This document shows, piece by piece, positions 19,214 to 28,494 of a DNA stretch of 64,000 nucleotides. The stretch is taken from contig MHSR01000013.1 of assembly GCA_001822815.1 (NCBI GenBank), positions 85,093-149,092 on the forward strand. The letters are read 5' to 3'. The notes below the pieces were generated by a model, which saw nothing but the letters and a program-made list of their open reading frames with translations, made no database searches and had not been told where the DNA came from. This DNA comes from Candidatus Terrybacteria bacterium RIFCSPHIGHO2_01_FULL_43_35 (GTDB lineage Bacteria > Patescibacteriota > Minisyncoccia > Terrybacterales > GWB1-40-14). How positions within the stretch are numbered: position 1 is the first letter of the stretch; each line of letters opens with the position of its first letter. Both the position numbers and the translations under genes were made by a program.

Positions 19214-20590
19214 TTACTCGTGTAAACGTAATCTTTCTTTTATAGTATTAATTTCATCAAAAATTTGGCCGTTCGTCCTACGTTCCTCCTCGATCTTTTC
19301 GCAGGCATGCATGACCGTAGTGTGGTCACGGCCGCCGATTTTACGTCCGATAAAAGGATAAGAATTCCTAAGTTCTTCTCTTAGGATATACATGGTTACC
19401 TGACGAGGTCGAACAACCTCTTGACGGCGACTCTTCTCTAGAATCTCGCGCTCTTCTATGTCATAAAAATCAGCCACAACCCGGATAACATCACGCCATG
19501 AACACTTCTTTTGAACTTTTATTGTACCGGACAAAAGTTTGTGTATTTCGTTTGGCGATATGTCTACTTGTCCACTAGTAGCTGAAACTCCTTTAACCAT
19601 GGCAACTCTATTTAAGGCTCCTTCAAGCTCGCGTATATTTTTTTGTATTATGTTAGCGATAGCCGTAAGGGTTTGTTCCGACAGCAATAATCCCCTTTCT
19701 ACGGATTTTGTTTTCAAAATAGCCATTCGTGTTTCAAAATCCGGAGGGGTTATATCAGCTATCATCCCCCCTTCGAAACGCGATCTCAGCCTTTCCTCAA
19801 GAGTGGGAATGGCTTTAGGCGGTCTGTCTGAGCTGAAAACCACTTGTTTGTTTTCTGTTGATAAGGCGTTAAAAGTGTGGAAAAGTTCTTCTTGAGTCCG
19901 TTCCTTACCGGCTATGAATTGAATATCATCTATAATCAAAACATCTAATTGCCGATATTTTTCTTTAAATTCGTCTATAGTTCGGTTTTTAATCGAGGAA
20001 ACAAAATCGTTGGTGAATTTCTCACAGCTTATGTACCGTATTTTTAAACCAGCGCGTTTTTTCATGAGCGCATTACCAACAGCTTGTAAAAGATGCGTTT
20101 TCCCTAGCCCCACTCCGCCATAAATAAACAAAGGATTATAAACCATACCAGTTCTTTCAGTCACTGCTTTTGCTGCCGCGTGAGCCAACTCGTTGAATTG
20201 TCCGATAACAAAACCATCAAAAGTATAGCGCGGGTTCAAATTAGTTTCGCGGTCAACTTGAGAATGTTGCAGGGGCAGAGAAAGAATGCTGGGAGCAGAG
20301 GCTGGATTTTTGGCAGCATGCGATACCCCGTTTTCTCTGTGTTGAGTTTTGCCTACGACGAATTGAATATCTCTTATCTCATTATCTTTTGTGCGCAAAG
20401 ATTTTAATATAGGCTTTCTATATTTGGTTTCTAGCCATTCTTTGGCAAAGGCATTTGGTACGCTCACCACCGCCAAGCCATCTTTTTTGTCGTAAAGAAC
20501 CGTTTTTTGGAACCAGGTAATAAAATTAGCCCTTGAAAGAGATAATTCTAATTCTCCTAGCACAAGCTGCCATAGATCATCTTTGGTCAT
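19214..20590 (-). CDS. dnaA: Chromosomal replication initiator DnaA
   Basis: Walker A GGVGLGKTHLLQA, box VII, and a C-terminal DNA-binding helix. Confidence 0.9.
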   Translation of the reverse strand: MTKDDLWQLVLGELELSLSRANFITWFQKTVLYDKKDGLAVVSVPNAFAKEWLETKYRKPILKSLRTKDNEIRDIQFVVGKTQHRENGVSHAAKNPASAPSILSLPLQHSQVDRETNLNPRYTFDGFVIGQFNELAHAAAKAVTERTGMVYNPLFIYGGVGLGKTHLLQAVGNALMKKRAGLKIRYISCEKFTNDFVSSIKNRTIDEFKEKYRQLDVLIIDDIQFIAGKERTQEELFHTFNALSTENKQVVFSSDRPPKAIPTLEERLRSRFEGGMIADITPPDFETRMAILKTKSVERGLLLSEQTLTAIANIIQKNIRELEGALNRVAMVKGVSATSGQVDISPNEIHKLLSGTIKVQKKCSWRDVIRVVADFYDIEEREILEKSRRQEVVRPRQVTMYILREELRNSYPFIGRKIGGRDHTTVMHACEKIEEERRTNGQIFDEINTIKERLRLHE

Positions 20591-20866
20591 ACAAATAAAA
20601 TAATACTAATTATTGATTCTTGTTTGCAGAAACCATTATAGATCATCCGCAGAAAACCACGACAACCCCTCAAGAGCCTGTTTTTGTGCACACTCTGTGG
20701 ACAATATATGGAAAACCAAACCAGCGCTGTTATCTATAAATAAAGGTTATATCAAAAGCAAGAAAAAAGCCAGTTTTATAACAAGAAGTAAAATTAGTCC
20801 GGTTTGACCAACTCAAAACACGTGGTAGTATAAAAAAGTTTTATTGTTAACAAAGGAACTTAAAAT
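20591..20866. other. Putative oriC region between divergent dnaA and rpmH
   Basis: AT-rich. DnaA-box-like 9-mers TGTGGACAA (about 20694) and TTATCTATA (about 20730) are present. A further TGCGGATAA lies in the dnaN-dnaA spacer (about 19166). Confidence 0.4.
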
Positions 20867-21001
20867 ATGCTGACACGCTTTCCCAAAAAATCCAAAAAAA
20901 GAAAAAAACACGGTTTTCGTAAAAGAATGCGAACTCCCGGCGGCCGCAAAACCATATCCCGAAGAAGAGGCAAAAAAAGAGCTAAACTCACAGTTAAATA
21001 A
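20867..21001 (+). CDS. rpmH: 50S ribosomal protein L34
   Basis: MLTRFPKKSKKRKKHGFRKRMRTPGGRKTISRRRGKKRAKLTVK, 44 aa. Not in the ORF track because it is under 60 aa. Canonical rpmH-rnpA-yidD-yidC-jag order. Confidence 0.85.
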   Translation: MLTRFPKKSKKRKKHGFRKRMRTPGGRKTISRRRGKKRAKLTVK

Positions 21002-21024
21002 AAGCACGGCTTAGCAAATTTAGT

Positions 21025-21372
21025 ATGTTAGCTAAAAGATACCGCATTCCCAAAATAGATCTGAAGAAAGTCTTTGTAAGCAAAAATAAAGTTTTCTATA
21101 AAAACATAAACATTAATTTTGCAGCAAATAAACTTTCGCATCCCCGCTTTGCCGTATATGTTAATATGAACAAATCTATCAAAGGAGCTGTCGGGCGTAA
21201 TAGAGCAAGGCGAATTTTGTTTGACGAAATAGCCAAAAACCAGAAAATATTTGTTAGCGGGTTTGATGTTTTGGTTAAAGCGCGTATGGGAACTGCCAGA
21301 GAGCAAAAAGAAACCAGAACTAATCTAGATCACGCTCTAAAACTAATTACAAACAAAAACCCAAATGTTTAA
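21025..21372 (+). CDS. rnpA: RNase P protein component
   Basis: 115 aa basic protein following rpmH; [10 protein letters not shown] ... GRNRARRIL motif. Confidence 0.8.
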   Translation: MLAKRYRIPKIDLKKVFVSKNKVFYKNININFAANKLSHPRFAVYVNMNKSIKGAVGRNRARRILFDEIAKNQKIFVSGFDVLVKARMGTAREQKETRTNLDHALKLITNKNPNV

Positions 21373-21616
21373 TTTTTTTGAGACCTTTTTTAAAACCACA
21401 ATTATTTCCGTGATAGTTTGGTATAGAGAATTCTTGGGCAATAGTAAAATTATCGGTGTTATCGCGCCATTCCCGTGCAGATTTTATCCAACATGCTCTC
21501 AATACGCGCAGGAAGCCATAACAAAAAAAGGTTTATTAAAAGGAGGTTTCATGTCCTTTAAACGTATTCTGCGTTGTCACCCTCTTGCTCGCGGGGGCTA
21601 TGATCCGGTAATTTAG
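21365..21616 (+). CDS. yidD: Membrane protein insertion efficiency factor YidD
   Basis: [12 protein letters not shown]...G ... RILRCHP motif. Confidence 0.8.
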   Translation: MFNFFETFFKTTIISVIVWYREFLGNSKIIGVIAPFPCRFYPTCSQYAQEAITKKGLLKGGFMSFKRILRCHPLARGGYDPVI

Positions 21617-21625
21617 ATTTTCAAA

Positions 21626-22366
21626 ATGGATCCAATATATTTATTCCACGAAATATTATATAAGCCCATATTTAATGCGTTAATAGGCTTATATGTTTTA
21701 TCTCCGATTAGGGATTTTGGCTTGGCCATAGTTATTTTAACCATATTGACCAGGTTGTTTTTCTATCCCATGTCCAAAAAGGCGGCTTATTCGCAAAAGT
21801 TAATGGCGCAGATACAGCCGCAGCTCAAAGAGATACAAGAAAGACATAAAGATAATAAGGAACGCCAAAGTAAGGCCATGATGGAGTTTTATCAGACAAA
21901 AAAATTCAATCCCTTTTCCGGTTGTGTGCCCATACTAATACAATTGCCGGTTTTATTCGCGCTTTTTGCGGTTTTTAAAAACGGTCTTGACCCCCAATCA
22001 TTTAAAGATCTTTATTCATTTATACCTAATCCAGGAAGCATAAATGATACAGCGTTTGGAATCTTAAAGCTAACAAGCCCCACGCCTTTCATTCTTGCTA
22101 TTGCGGCCGGATTCGCGCAGTATGTGCAGTCGGCTATGATGCTGGTTAAAACGCAAAATAAAACCGCAAAAAGCGGCGATAGCAAAATGGACATGAATCA
22201 GATTATTTCGATACAAGCCAAGTACATATTTCCCATCTTTACTGTATTTATCGCACTAAAATTTCCAGCTGGTCTGGGATTATACCTATTGGCCACAACT
22301 CTAGTCTCAATAGTACAGCAATATTTTATCAACAAAACGCTTGCCAAAGAACAAATCCCATCCTAA
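21626..22366 (+). CDS. yidC: Membrane insertase YidC/Oxa1 (short form)
   Basis: 246 aa, five TM helices. The LYPM-like and QQ...Q regions (YPMSKKAAYSQKLMAQIQPQLKEIQ) are present. Confidence 0.8.
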   Translation: MDPIYLFHEILYKPIFNALIGLYVLSPIRDFGLAIVILTILTRLFFYPMSKKAAYSQKLMAQIQPQLKEIQERHKDNKERQSKAMMEFYQTKKFNPFSGCVPILIQLPVLFALFAVFKNGLDPQSFKDLYSFIPNPGSINDTAFGILKLTSPTPFILAIAAGFAQYVQSAMMLVKTQNKTAKSGDSKMDMNQIISIQAKYIFPIFTVFIALKFPAGLGLYLLATTLVSIVQQYFINKTLAKEQIPS

Positions 22367-22403
22367 TATTTATAAGACCGGAGAAAAAGACTAAGCTAAA
22401 TAT

Positions 22404-22856
22404 ATGGATTTAACTTTGGATATAAAAAACAAAATAGAAAAACTTCTTAACGCCGGAGGTATTCCAGCGGAAGTTTCTGTTTCTCCCACCAACGAAACTG
22501 CGTTCTCGGTGTTTCTATCTATTAATGATGAAGCTGGTCAGTTTATCGGCCGCGGAGGAGAAAATTTAGACGCTATTGAGCATTTGATAAGACTGGTTGT
22601 GAACAAAAATGCGACAGAGCCAGCCAGAATTTTTGTTGATATAAACGGCTACAAAGAAAGACGAGCCTCTATTTTGCGTGAAAAAGCAAGGACCATTGCA
22701 GACGAAGTAAGATTGCGCGGCACTACCGAAAGTTTAGAACCCATGAGTTCCTTTGAGCGACGCATTATTCACCTGGAACTGGCCGGAAGAGGAGATATTG
22801 TAACAGAATCCGTTGGCGAAGAGCCATATCGGAAAGTCATAATTAAGCCAGCTTAA
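22404..22856 (+). CDS. jag: Jag/KhpB RNA-binding protein (KH plus R3H domains)
   Basis: GRGGENLDAIEHL (KH) and SFERRIIHLEL (R3H). Confidence 0.75.
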   Translation: MDLTLDIKNKIEKLLNAGGIPAEVSVSPTNETAFSVFLSINDEAGQFIGRGGENLDAIEHLIRLVVNKNATEPARIFVDINGYKERRASILREKARTIADEVRLRGTTESLEPMSSFERRIIHLELAGRGDIVTESVGEEPYRKVIIKPA

Positions 22857-22863
22857 AAAATAA

Positions 22864-22897
22864 GCCCAGCCCCAATTTTTAAAAAATGGGGCTGGGC
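22864..22897 (+). terminator. Terminator hairpin GCCCAGCCCCA-N-TGGGGCTGGGC
   Basis: Perfect 11-bp stem around an A/T loop. The same stem sequence recurs near 57062 and 57270. Confidence 0.6.
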
Positions 22898-22905
22898 AAG
22901 CGCAC

Positions 22906-24348
22906 ATGGTAAAAATTAATACCATAGCCAGTAATGTTTTTGTAGCAGGCGGCGGCCGAGTAATCGGCGGCCTTTTTGCTTTCGGTTCAATAGTTTTAAT
23001 AACAAGAGTTTTAGGACCGCAAAAATTTGGAGAATATTCCACTGTCCTGGCCTTCCTGTATATTTTCAACGCTTTAGCCGATTTCGGTCTGTACGCTTAT
23101 TTAATAAGGGAAATAGCCAGAAGAAACGATAGTGAAAAAGAGATTATCGGTCACGTTTTGTCGCTACGCATGGCTATTCTTGTTTTGTCGTTGGCAGCCG
23201 GTATTATAATCGGCCACCAAATACCCTATGACCATGCGATAAAAAACGGTTTTTTTGTCGGTGCCATTTCTTATTTTTTCTTATCCTCATCCCAGGTTTT
23301 GATGGGTGTTTTCCAGAAATATCTGGTTATTTGGCAGGTAGCCTGCGCAGAAATTACATCTCGCTTTATCCAGTTAGCGCTTTTTGTGTACCTATTTCTG
23401 AATAAAGATAGTAGTGTCATGCTATTTCTTTACGCCCTGGCTCTCGCATCTTTTACCAATTTTGTTTTAACCTGGTGGTTTGCGACAAGACACGTTAAAT
23501 TCATCTTGTCCATAGATATTCATAGATGGGGGGAAATAATAAAAGAAAGCCTCCCGATAGCCTTAGCTCTTATATTCACACTAATTTATTTCCGCCTAGA
23601 CACAGTTTTACTGTCTTTGTTTAAGCCGGCAGAAGATGTGGGTATATATAATATCGCCTATAAACTGCTGGAAAATATAATATTTTATCCCTCAATGTTG
23701 GTGGGTCTTATCATGCCCATTTTATCAAAAGAGGCCTTTGTAAATCCCGAGCGCTTCAAAACCGTCTTCCAGCGCACGGTAAAAATTTTGTTTATAGGAG
23801 CTCTTCCTATGCTGGTTGGCGGATGGCTGCTGGCGCCAGAAATAGTAGGACTTCTTGGCGGAAAACTTTTTATTGATGCGGCGGCTCCGTTTAAAATTCT
23901 TCTAGCCGCTACGTTTTTTATTTTCTTCGGCACCCTCCTAGGAGCTGCCGTGATAGCTTTGGGTAAACAAAAAGAAGCCATCCCGGTATATTTCGGTGCG
24001 ATGCTTTTCAATGTAACCGCCAACCTTTTGTTTATACCAAAATTTAGCTATATGGCCACTTCCATTACCACGCTTCTAACCGAGTTTTTTGTGGTTGCTG
24101 GGCTCGTTTTTTTGGTAAGAAAGACCGTTGTTTGGCCGCAAAAACTATTTGTGATCAAAGTGTTTGTGGCCGCTGTAATCATGGGCGGTTTAATATTTGT
24201 TTTGCGGGATGCAACAAAAAGTACGCCGAGTATTTATACGCTGGCCATTTTTATTCCGTTATCCTTTTTGATTTATGGCTTGAGCCTGTTGGTCCTCCGT
24301 GCACTCAACCGCGAAGAAATAAAATTTTTCTTCGGTAAAGCCGAATAG
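22906..24348 (+). CDS. Polysaccharide flippase (Wzx/MOP superfamily)
   Basis: 480 aa, about 12-14 TM helices, with a PST-family-like N-terminus. Confidence 0.7.
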   Translation: MVKINTIASNVFVAGGGRVIGGLFAFGSIVLITRVLGPQKFGEYSTVLAFLYIFNALADFGLYAYLIREIARRNDSEKEIIGHVLSLRMAILVLSLAAGIIIGHQIPYDHAIKNGFFVGAISYFFLSSSQVLMGVFQKYLVIWQVACAEITSRFIQLALFVYLFLNKDSSVMLFLYALALASFTNFVLTWWFATRHVKFILSIDIHRWGEIIKESLPIALALIFTLIYFRLDTVLLSLFKPAEDVGIYNIAYKLLENIIFYPSMLVGLIMPILSKEAFVNPERFKTVFQRTVKILFIGALPMLVGGWLLAPEIVGLLGGKLFIDAAAPFKILLAATFFIFFGTLLGAAVIALGKQKEAIPVYFGAMLFNVTANLLFIPKFSYMATSITTLLTEFFVVAGLVFLVRKTVVWPQKLFVIKVFVAAVIMGGLIFVLRDATKSTPSIYTLAIFIPLSFLIYGLSLLVLRALNREEIKFFFGKAE

Positions 24349-24352
24349 AAAT

Positions 24353-25648
24353 ATGATTATCGCAATTTTTTTACTATTTGCCATGCTCCCCTTTTTGCCA
24401 GCTTTAGCCGTAGACGTAATATATATACCTGTCATAAGAATATTGGCGCCACTCTTGGCCGCCATCTGGCTTATCAAGGGGCTTATAGACAAAAAAGTAA
24501 TCTTACCGTTTTCTCTTCCGGCAATATACCTGGTTTCATTTTTGGTATTTTCGGGCTTCTCAATTCTGTGGTCAGAAAACCCGCTTTTGGGCATTCGTAA
24601 ACTGGTTCTATGGATATCCATTTTCCCCTTAAGCGCGGTATTTTTTAGCGCCATAAGCCAAGGCGATAATAAGGAAAAACTAATAAAAGGGTTATCTTTT
24701 TCAGCAGCAGTTTTGAGCATTTTTGCCGTTATCCAATTTACGTTTCAGTTCGTAATAAACCCCGAAGTTATAAACGTTTTTTTGGCCGAAAAAATAACGC
24801 CTCTTTTCGTGGGCATGCCAACCGCAGAAGTAATAAGAAGCAATTCAAGTTGGTTCGTTGATATAGGCGGGAAAACCATTTTGAGAGCCGTAGCGAATTT
24901 CCCAGATCCGCATACTCTTGCCTTATTTTTGGGTTTAGCCTGGCCGTTTGTTGTTAGTCAAGCCATTTTTTCTAATGAAAGGAAAGAAAAAGCTACCTAT
25001 GCTATTTTTTCTGCTGCGATAACAGCGGCGATTATATTTACTTTTTCGCGCGGTGCCTACCTGGCATTGCTCATTTCGGCAGTAAGTCTAACGATTTTTG
25101 CCAGAGCGGCTATAGCCGCCTCTAGCAAAAAAACCAAAATCCTTACCTTTATAGTAGCGGTTCTCGCGCTCATGGTAGTTGGCCCGCTTGCTGGTCCGCG
25201 TTTGGCGAGTTCTTTTGATACCAGCGAAGGCTCAAACTACGCCAGGCTTTTAATTTGGCAGGGCGCGTTTGATGTTTTTGAGCAACATCTCTTATTTGGC
25301 GTAGGTTTGGGCAATTATGCTCTGACGCAAGACGAATTTGTTTCCAGTCGCTCCCCTATTAACGCGCACAATACCTATTTGGAAATAGCAAGCGAACTCG
25401 GGCTATTCGGTTTGTTGTTGTGGACCAGTATTTTCATATCCAGCTTTTTTATACTATTGAAGAAGCAAGACCCGCAAAATAATAAATATATTTACCCGGC
25501 TATAGCCGCCATGATTTTTTACCTGGCACACGGATTATTTGAAACGAATATTTATTCTCCGCAAGGACTTGTTCTATTGACGTTTATTTTATCCTTGGTG
25601 ATGTGGCTGCATGTGAAGCAGAAAGAAACAAGATTTTTTAACACGTAA
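24353..25648 (+). CDS. O-antigen ligase/polymerase-like (Wzy_C) membrane protein
   Basis: AHNTYLEIASELGLFGLL matches the Wzy_C motif; multi-TM. Confidence 0.7.
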   Translation: MIIAIFLLFAMLPFLPALAVDVIYIPVIRILAPLLAAIWLIKGLIDKKVILPFSLPAIYLVSFLVFSGFSILWSENPLLGIRKLVLWISIFPLSAVFFSAISQGDNKEKLIKGLSFSAAVLSIFAVIQFTFQFVINPEVINVFLAEKITPLFVGMPTAEVIRSNSSWFVDIGGKTILRAVANFPDPHTLALFLGLAWPFVVSQAIFSNERKEKATYAIFSAAITAAIIFTFSRGAYLALLISAVSLTIFARAAIAASSKKTKILTFIVAVLALMVVGPLAGPRLASSFDTSEGSNYARLLIWQGAFDVFEQHLLFGVGLGNYALTQDEFVSSRSPINAHNTYLEIASELGLFGLLLWTSIFISSFFILLKKQDPQNNKYIYPAIAAMIFYLAHGLFETNIYSPQGLVLLTFILSLVMWLHVKQKETRFFNT

Positions 25649-25649
25649 A

Positions 25650-26987
25650 ATGGATATCATCATAACTCAACCAATTTACACAACACTTATTTTTGTAGCT
25701 ATTGCTGCGGTGGGTTTTATCGCCGCCATTAAACCGGAGCGCGGTTTTACAGCGGTTATTTTTTTGACCCCGTTTTACATTCTGCGCGTAAGGAATTTAT
25801 CAATACCCACCAACGGCCTTGAGCTTTTAATTATTGCCGCAGTTATAGGCTGGGCATTTTATTGTTTACGCAACAAAAAGATGTTTTTTACTGCGGATAT
25901 AAAAATATTGGCATTAAGCGGTTTTATAATAGCTGGCGCGGTACTCTCGGCATTGGCAAGCGAGCCTGCCTTGCGTTTGCCGAGCTTAGCTATTTTCCGC
26001 GCATTTATTTTCGAGCCCATTATTTTTGCCTTGGCTCTGCAGGCGGCCATAAAACAAAAAATATTCTCAAGCTCATCAATCATTAGGGCCTATGTTTTTT
26101 CAGCCAGTTTTGTCGCTTTGCTTAGTTTGGCTGGCGCCTTGCTTAATCATTTCAACAACTCTTTATTCGAAGGATTTTTAACTTATGATGGCCGGCTCAA
26201 GGGGTTTTACCTATCCCCAAACCATCTGGCCATGTATTTGGCACCAGCAGTGCCATTGGTTATAGCACAAGCGGTAAGCCGTCTCATGTCTGCAAGGGAT
26301 CCCTCCACACGCATAAGCCGTTCCGGCAAGGGGTTCTTGACCTTAATGACACTCGCCGGCCTACCGCTCGCAGATATTTTTTTAGCAAGTATTATTTTAA
26401 GTGCTTTATTTTTAACCAAATCTTTCGGCGCTATCGCAGCCACCGCTATTGGTTTATGGTTCTTTGCCACCATCTATTTTAAAAATAGGCGTAAGTTATG
26501 GCTTGAAGTAAGCGCGGTGCTGGTTTTGCCGCTTTTGTTTTTAGTAGCAAAAGAAGCGCAGGTTCTTTTCGTGGATCCAGAGCGCTCATCTTTGGCCTCG
26601 CGTTTGATGATATGGCGTTCGGCTTTAACAATATTGCGCGATCACCATATTTTTGGAATAGGGCCAGGCAATTTCCAAGAATATTATCTGGCGTATCAAA
26701 AATATTTTTCGCCATATCTTGAATGGGCCGTCCCGCAACCGCACAATTTGCTTTTAGCTTTATGGTTGCAAACCGGCATTTTGGGCGTGATCGGCTTCGT
26801 GTGGCTTATATTTAATCGTTTTAAAAAATTAGTCAACCGGTTGAAGTCTGACCTCAACCAATCCGATAAAATAATAACCGCCGCAGTTGTTTCCGCGGTG
26901 GTTATAATACTTATGCACGGTTTGGTTGATACAACTATTTGGAAAAATGATTTGGCGACAATGTTTTTCGTACTGCTAAATTTATAA
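25650..26987 (+). CDS. Second O-antigen ligase/polymerase-like (Wzy_C) membrane protein
   Basis: PHNLLLALWLQTGILGVIGF matches the Wzy_C-type motif; multi-TM. It is a tandem paralog of the preceding gene. Confidence 0.65.
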   Translation: MDIIITQPIYTTLIFVAIAAVGFIAAIKPERGFTAVIFLTPFYILRVRNLSIPTNGLELLIIAAVIGWAFYCLRNKKMFFTADIKILALSGFIIAGAVLSALASEPALRLPSLAIFRAFIFEPIIFALALQAAIKQKIFSSSSIIRAYVFSASFVALLSLAGALLNHFNNSLFEGFLTYDGRLKGFYLSPNHLAMYLAPAVPLVIAQAVSRLMSARDPSTRISRSGKGFLTLMTLAGLPLADIFLASIILSALFLTKSFGAIAATAIGLWFFATIYFKNRRKLWLEVSAVLVLPLLFLVAKEAQVLFVDPERSSLASRLMIWRSALTILRDHHIFGIGPGNFQEYYLAYQKYFSPYLEWAVPQPHNLLLALWLQTGILGVIGFVWLIFNRFKKLVNRLKSDLNQSDKIITAAVVSAVVIILMHGLVDTTIWKNDLATMFFVLLNL

Positions 26988-26991
26988 GAAT

Positions 26992-27831
26992 TTAAGGCTG
27001 ACGGCAGAATGGCAAAACTAAGCCTTGAGCGCCGCCTTCCCATACGCAGCCAACGGCCTCACAAGCCGCCTTGCCTTGATTAGTGCAGGCGGTGCAACTG
27101 GATATAGAACAAGTGGGTGTAATTGCTCCGCCACCGCCGGAAGAAGTTCCTTGAGGAGCGCAACAATACACATCATGGAAGGCCTCTACGTATCCAGTTG
27201 TAGAATTGGTGGTATAGCTTCGTTCTATAGCGCATTCGGTGCGGATGCCACCGCATGTATTGGCGTTACATACGGAATTCGCCTCATCCACACTTACATT
27301 ATCCATAAGCTTACCGCATTCTGAACGCTGACTGGGACATTTGGCGCCATAAGCATTATCTGCTGTAGGCAGGGTTATTGTTGCAAAATTCACCAAGCTA
27401 CCATTTATGGCAGCTAAAATGATGTAGGAACTCAAAAGCAGGACCAGTCCAAGAATGGCGTTGGTTATCCTTTCCTTGGCTTCGTTTTGAGAAGTTGAAT
27501 TGCCCGCACCTGCGGCATATTGGATGCCTGCGACAACCATCATTACCAAAGCAAGGAAACCGGCAGAGCCTACGCCCAGCTTGAATACATAGACGATTAG
27601 ATCCGGAAGGCTGCCGGTGTTTGTGCCAATTGTTGGATTAAAAGAACCAATAATAGGCAAGCCAAGTCCTTTTTCAAACGGGATACCTTGGTTCGGGTCG
27701 TTTATGGTGCATATCGTGGCGGCATTGCTTGTTTGAGCAAAGTAAAAAACCGAAAAGAAAACAATTAAACCTAACATTAAAAGCGCGAATTGCGATCTAA
27801 TCCTCACATTTTTCAAGATAAATTTAACCAT
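26992..27831 (-). CDS. VirB2/TrbC-like pilin candidate with a Cys-rich C-terminal domain
   Basis: Signal peptide, then two hydrophobic helices separated by a short loop (FLALVMMVVAGIQYAAGAGN ... ILGLVLLLSSYIILAAI). The C-terminal roughly 120 aa carries more than 14 Cys. It is the last gene of the T4SS-like operon. Confidence 0.4.
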   Translation of the reverse strand: MVKFILKNVRIRSQFALLMLGLIVFFSVFYFAQTSNAATICTINDPNQGIPFEKGLGLPIIGSFNPTIGTNTGSLPDLIVYVFKLGVGSAGFLALVMMVVAGIQYAAGAGNSTSQNEAKERITNAILGLVLLLSSYIILAAINGSLVNFATITLPTADNAYGAKCPSQRSECGKLMDNVSVDEANSVCNANTCGGIRTECAIERSYTTNSTTGYVEAFHDVYCCAPQGTSSGGGGAITPTCSISSCTACTNQGKAACEAVGCVWEGGAQGLVLPFCRQP

Positions 27832-27854
27832 ATAAGTTTTATTGCAAGTTTGTA

Positions 27855-28409
27855 TTAAAAACCAAGCGCGTGGCCGATATTGGTCAAAGCATCGCCTATA
27901 AAACCGGCTACGCCGCCGACAGTCCCTACAACAAGCAGAATGATAATGATAAATGGAACAAACAGCATCATTATACCGAATACTAACCCTCCAATTATCA
28001 AAAACGGCACCAAGAAGCCTAAAGCCAGAGGATTACTTAAGAGGCGCTTAACCACGTGTCTTAAAACGAAGCCTTGCGGAGTGAATTGTTTTACGCCGGA
28101 AGTTGCGGCGTCTATTACTGCGCCAATACCCTGTTGACGCAGACTCTGTATGCGCGAGTGCCGCAGACCAGAACTTCTTTGATCTTCGTTGTCTTGAGGT
28201 GCCGTAGCCTTGGACGCAACGCGTTTGGCCACCTGCCTTAAGGCAAATCCTTGCGGAGTGAATTTTTTCACGCCCCCCGTTGCCGTATCTATAGCCTTAT
28301 TAATACCTTGCTGGCGCACGGCTTGAAGGCGCGCGCGGCGCAATTGTGCCTGGCGTTGCATTTCCACGTCTTGAGTTCCATCCATATTTAAAGCTGCTTC
28401 TTCGGCCAT
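27855..28409 (-). CDS. Membrane protein with two roughly 40-aa tandem repeats and a C-terminal double TM
   Basis: RRARLQAVRQQGINKAIDTATGGVKKFTPQGFALRQVAKR is repeated as RHSRIQSLRQQGIGAVIDAATSGVKQFTPQGFVLRHVVKR. Two TM helices follow. Confidence 0.5.
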   Translation of the reverse strand: MAEEAALNMDGTQDVEMQRQAQLRRARLQAVRQQGINKAIDTATGGVKKFTPQGFALRQVAKRVASKATAPQDNEDQRSSGLRHSRIQSLRQQGIGAVIDAATSGVKQFTPQGFVLRHVVKRLLSNPLALGFLVPFLIIGGLVFGIMMLFVPFIIIILLVVGTVGGVAGFIGDALTNIGHALGF

Positions 28410-28494
28410 ATGTACTAATTATAATATTTAAAACCTTTATAAGATATAGGACTTACACGTTTGCTTTTTTGAACGGATTAAGATAGCGATGTTT

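Noticed and set aside
20813-21007. 64-aa ORF on the minus strand
   Set aside because: It fully overlaps the canonical rpmH (L34) gene on the plus strand. It has a Phe/Ser-rich low-complexity translation typical of an antisense artefact.
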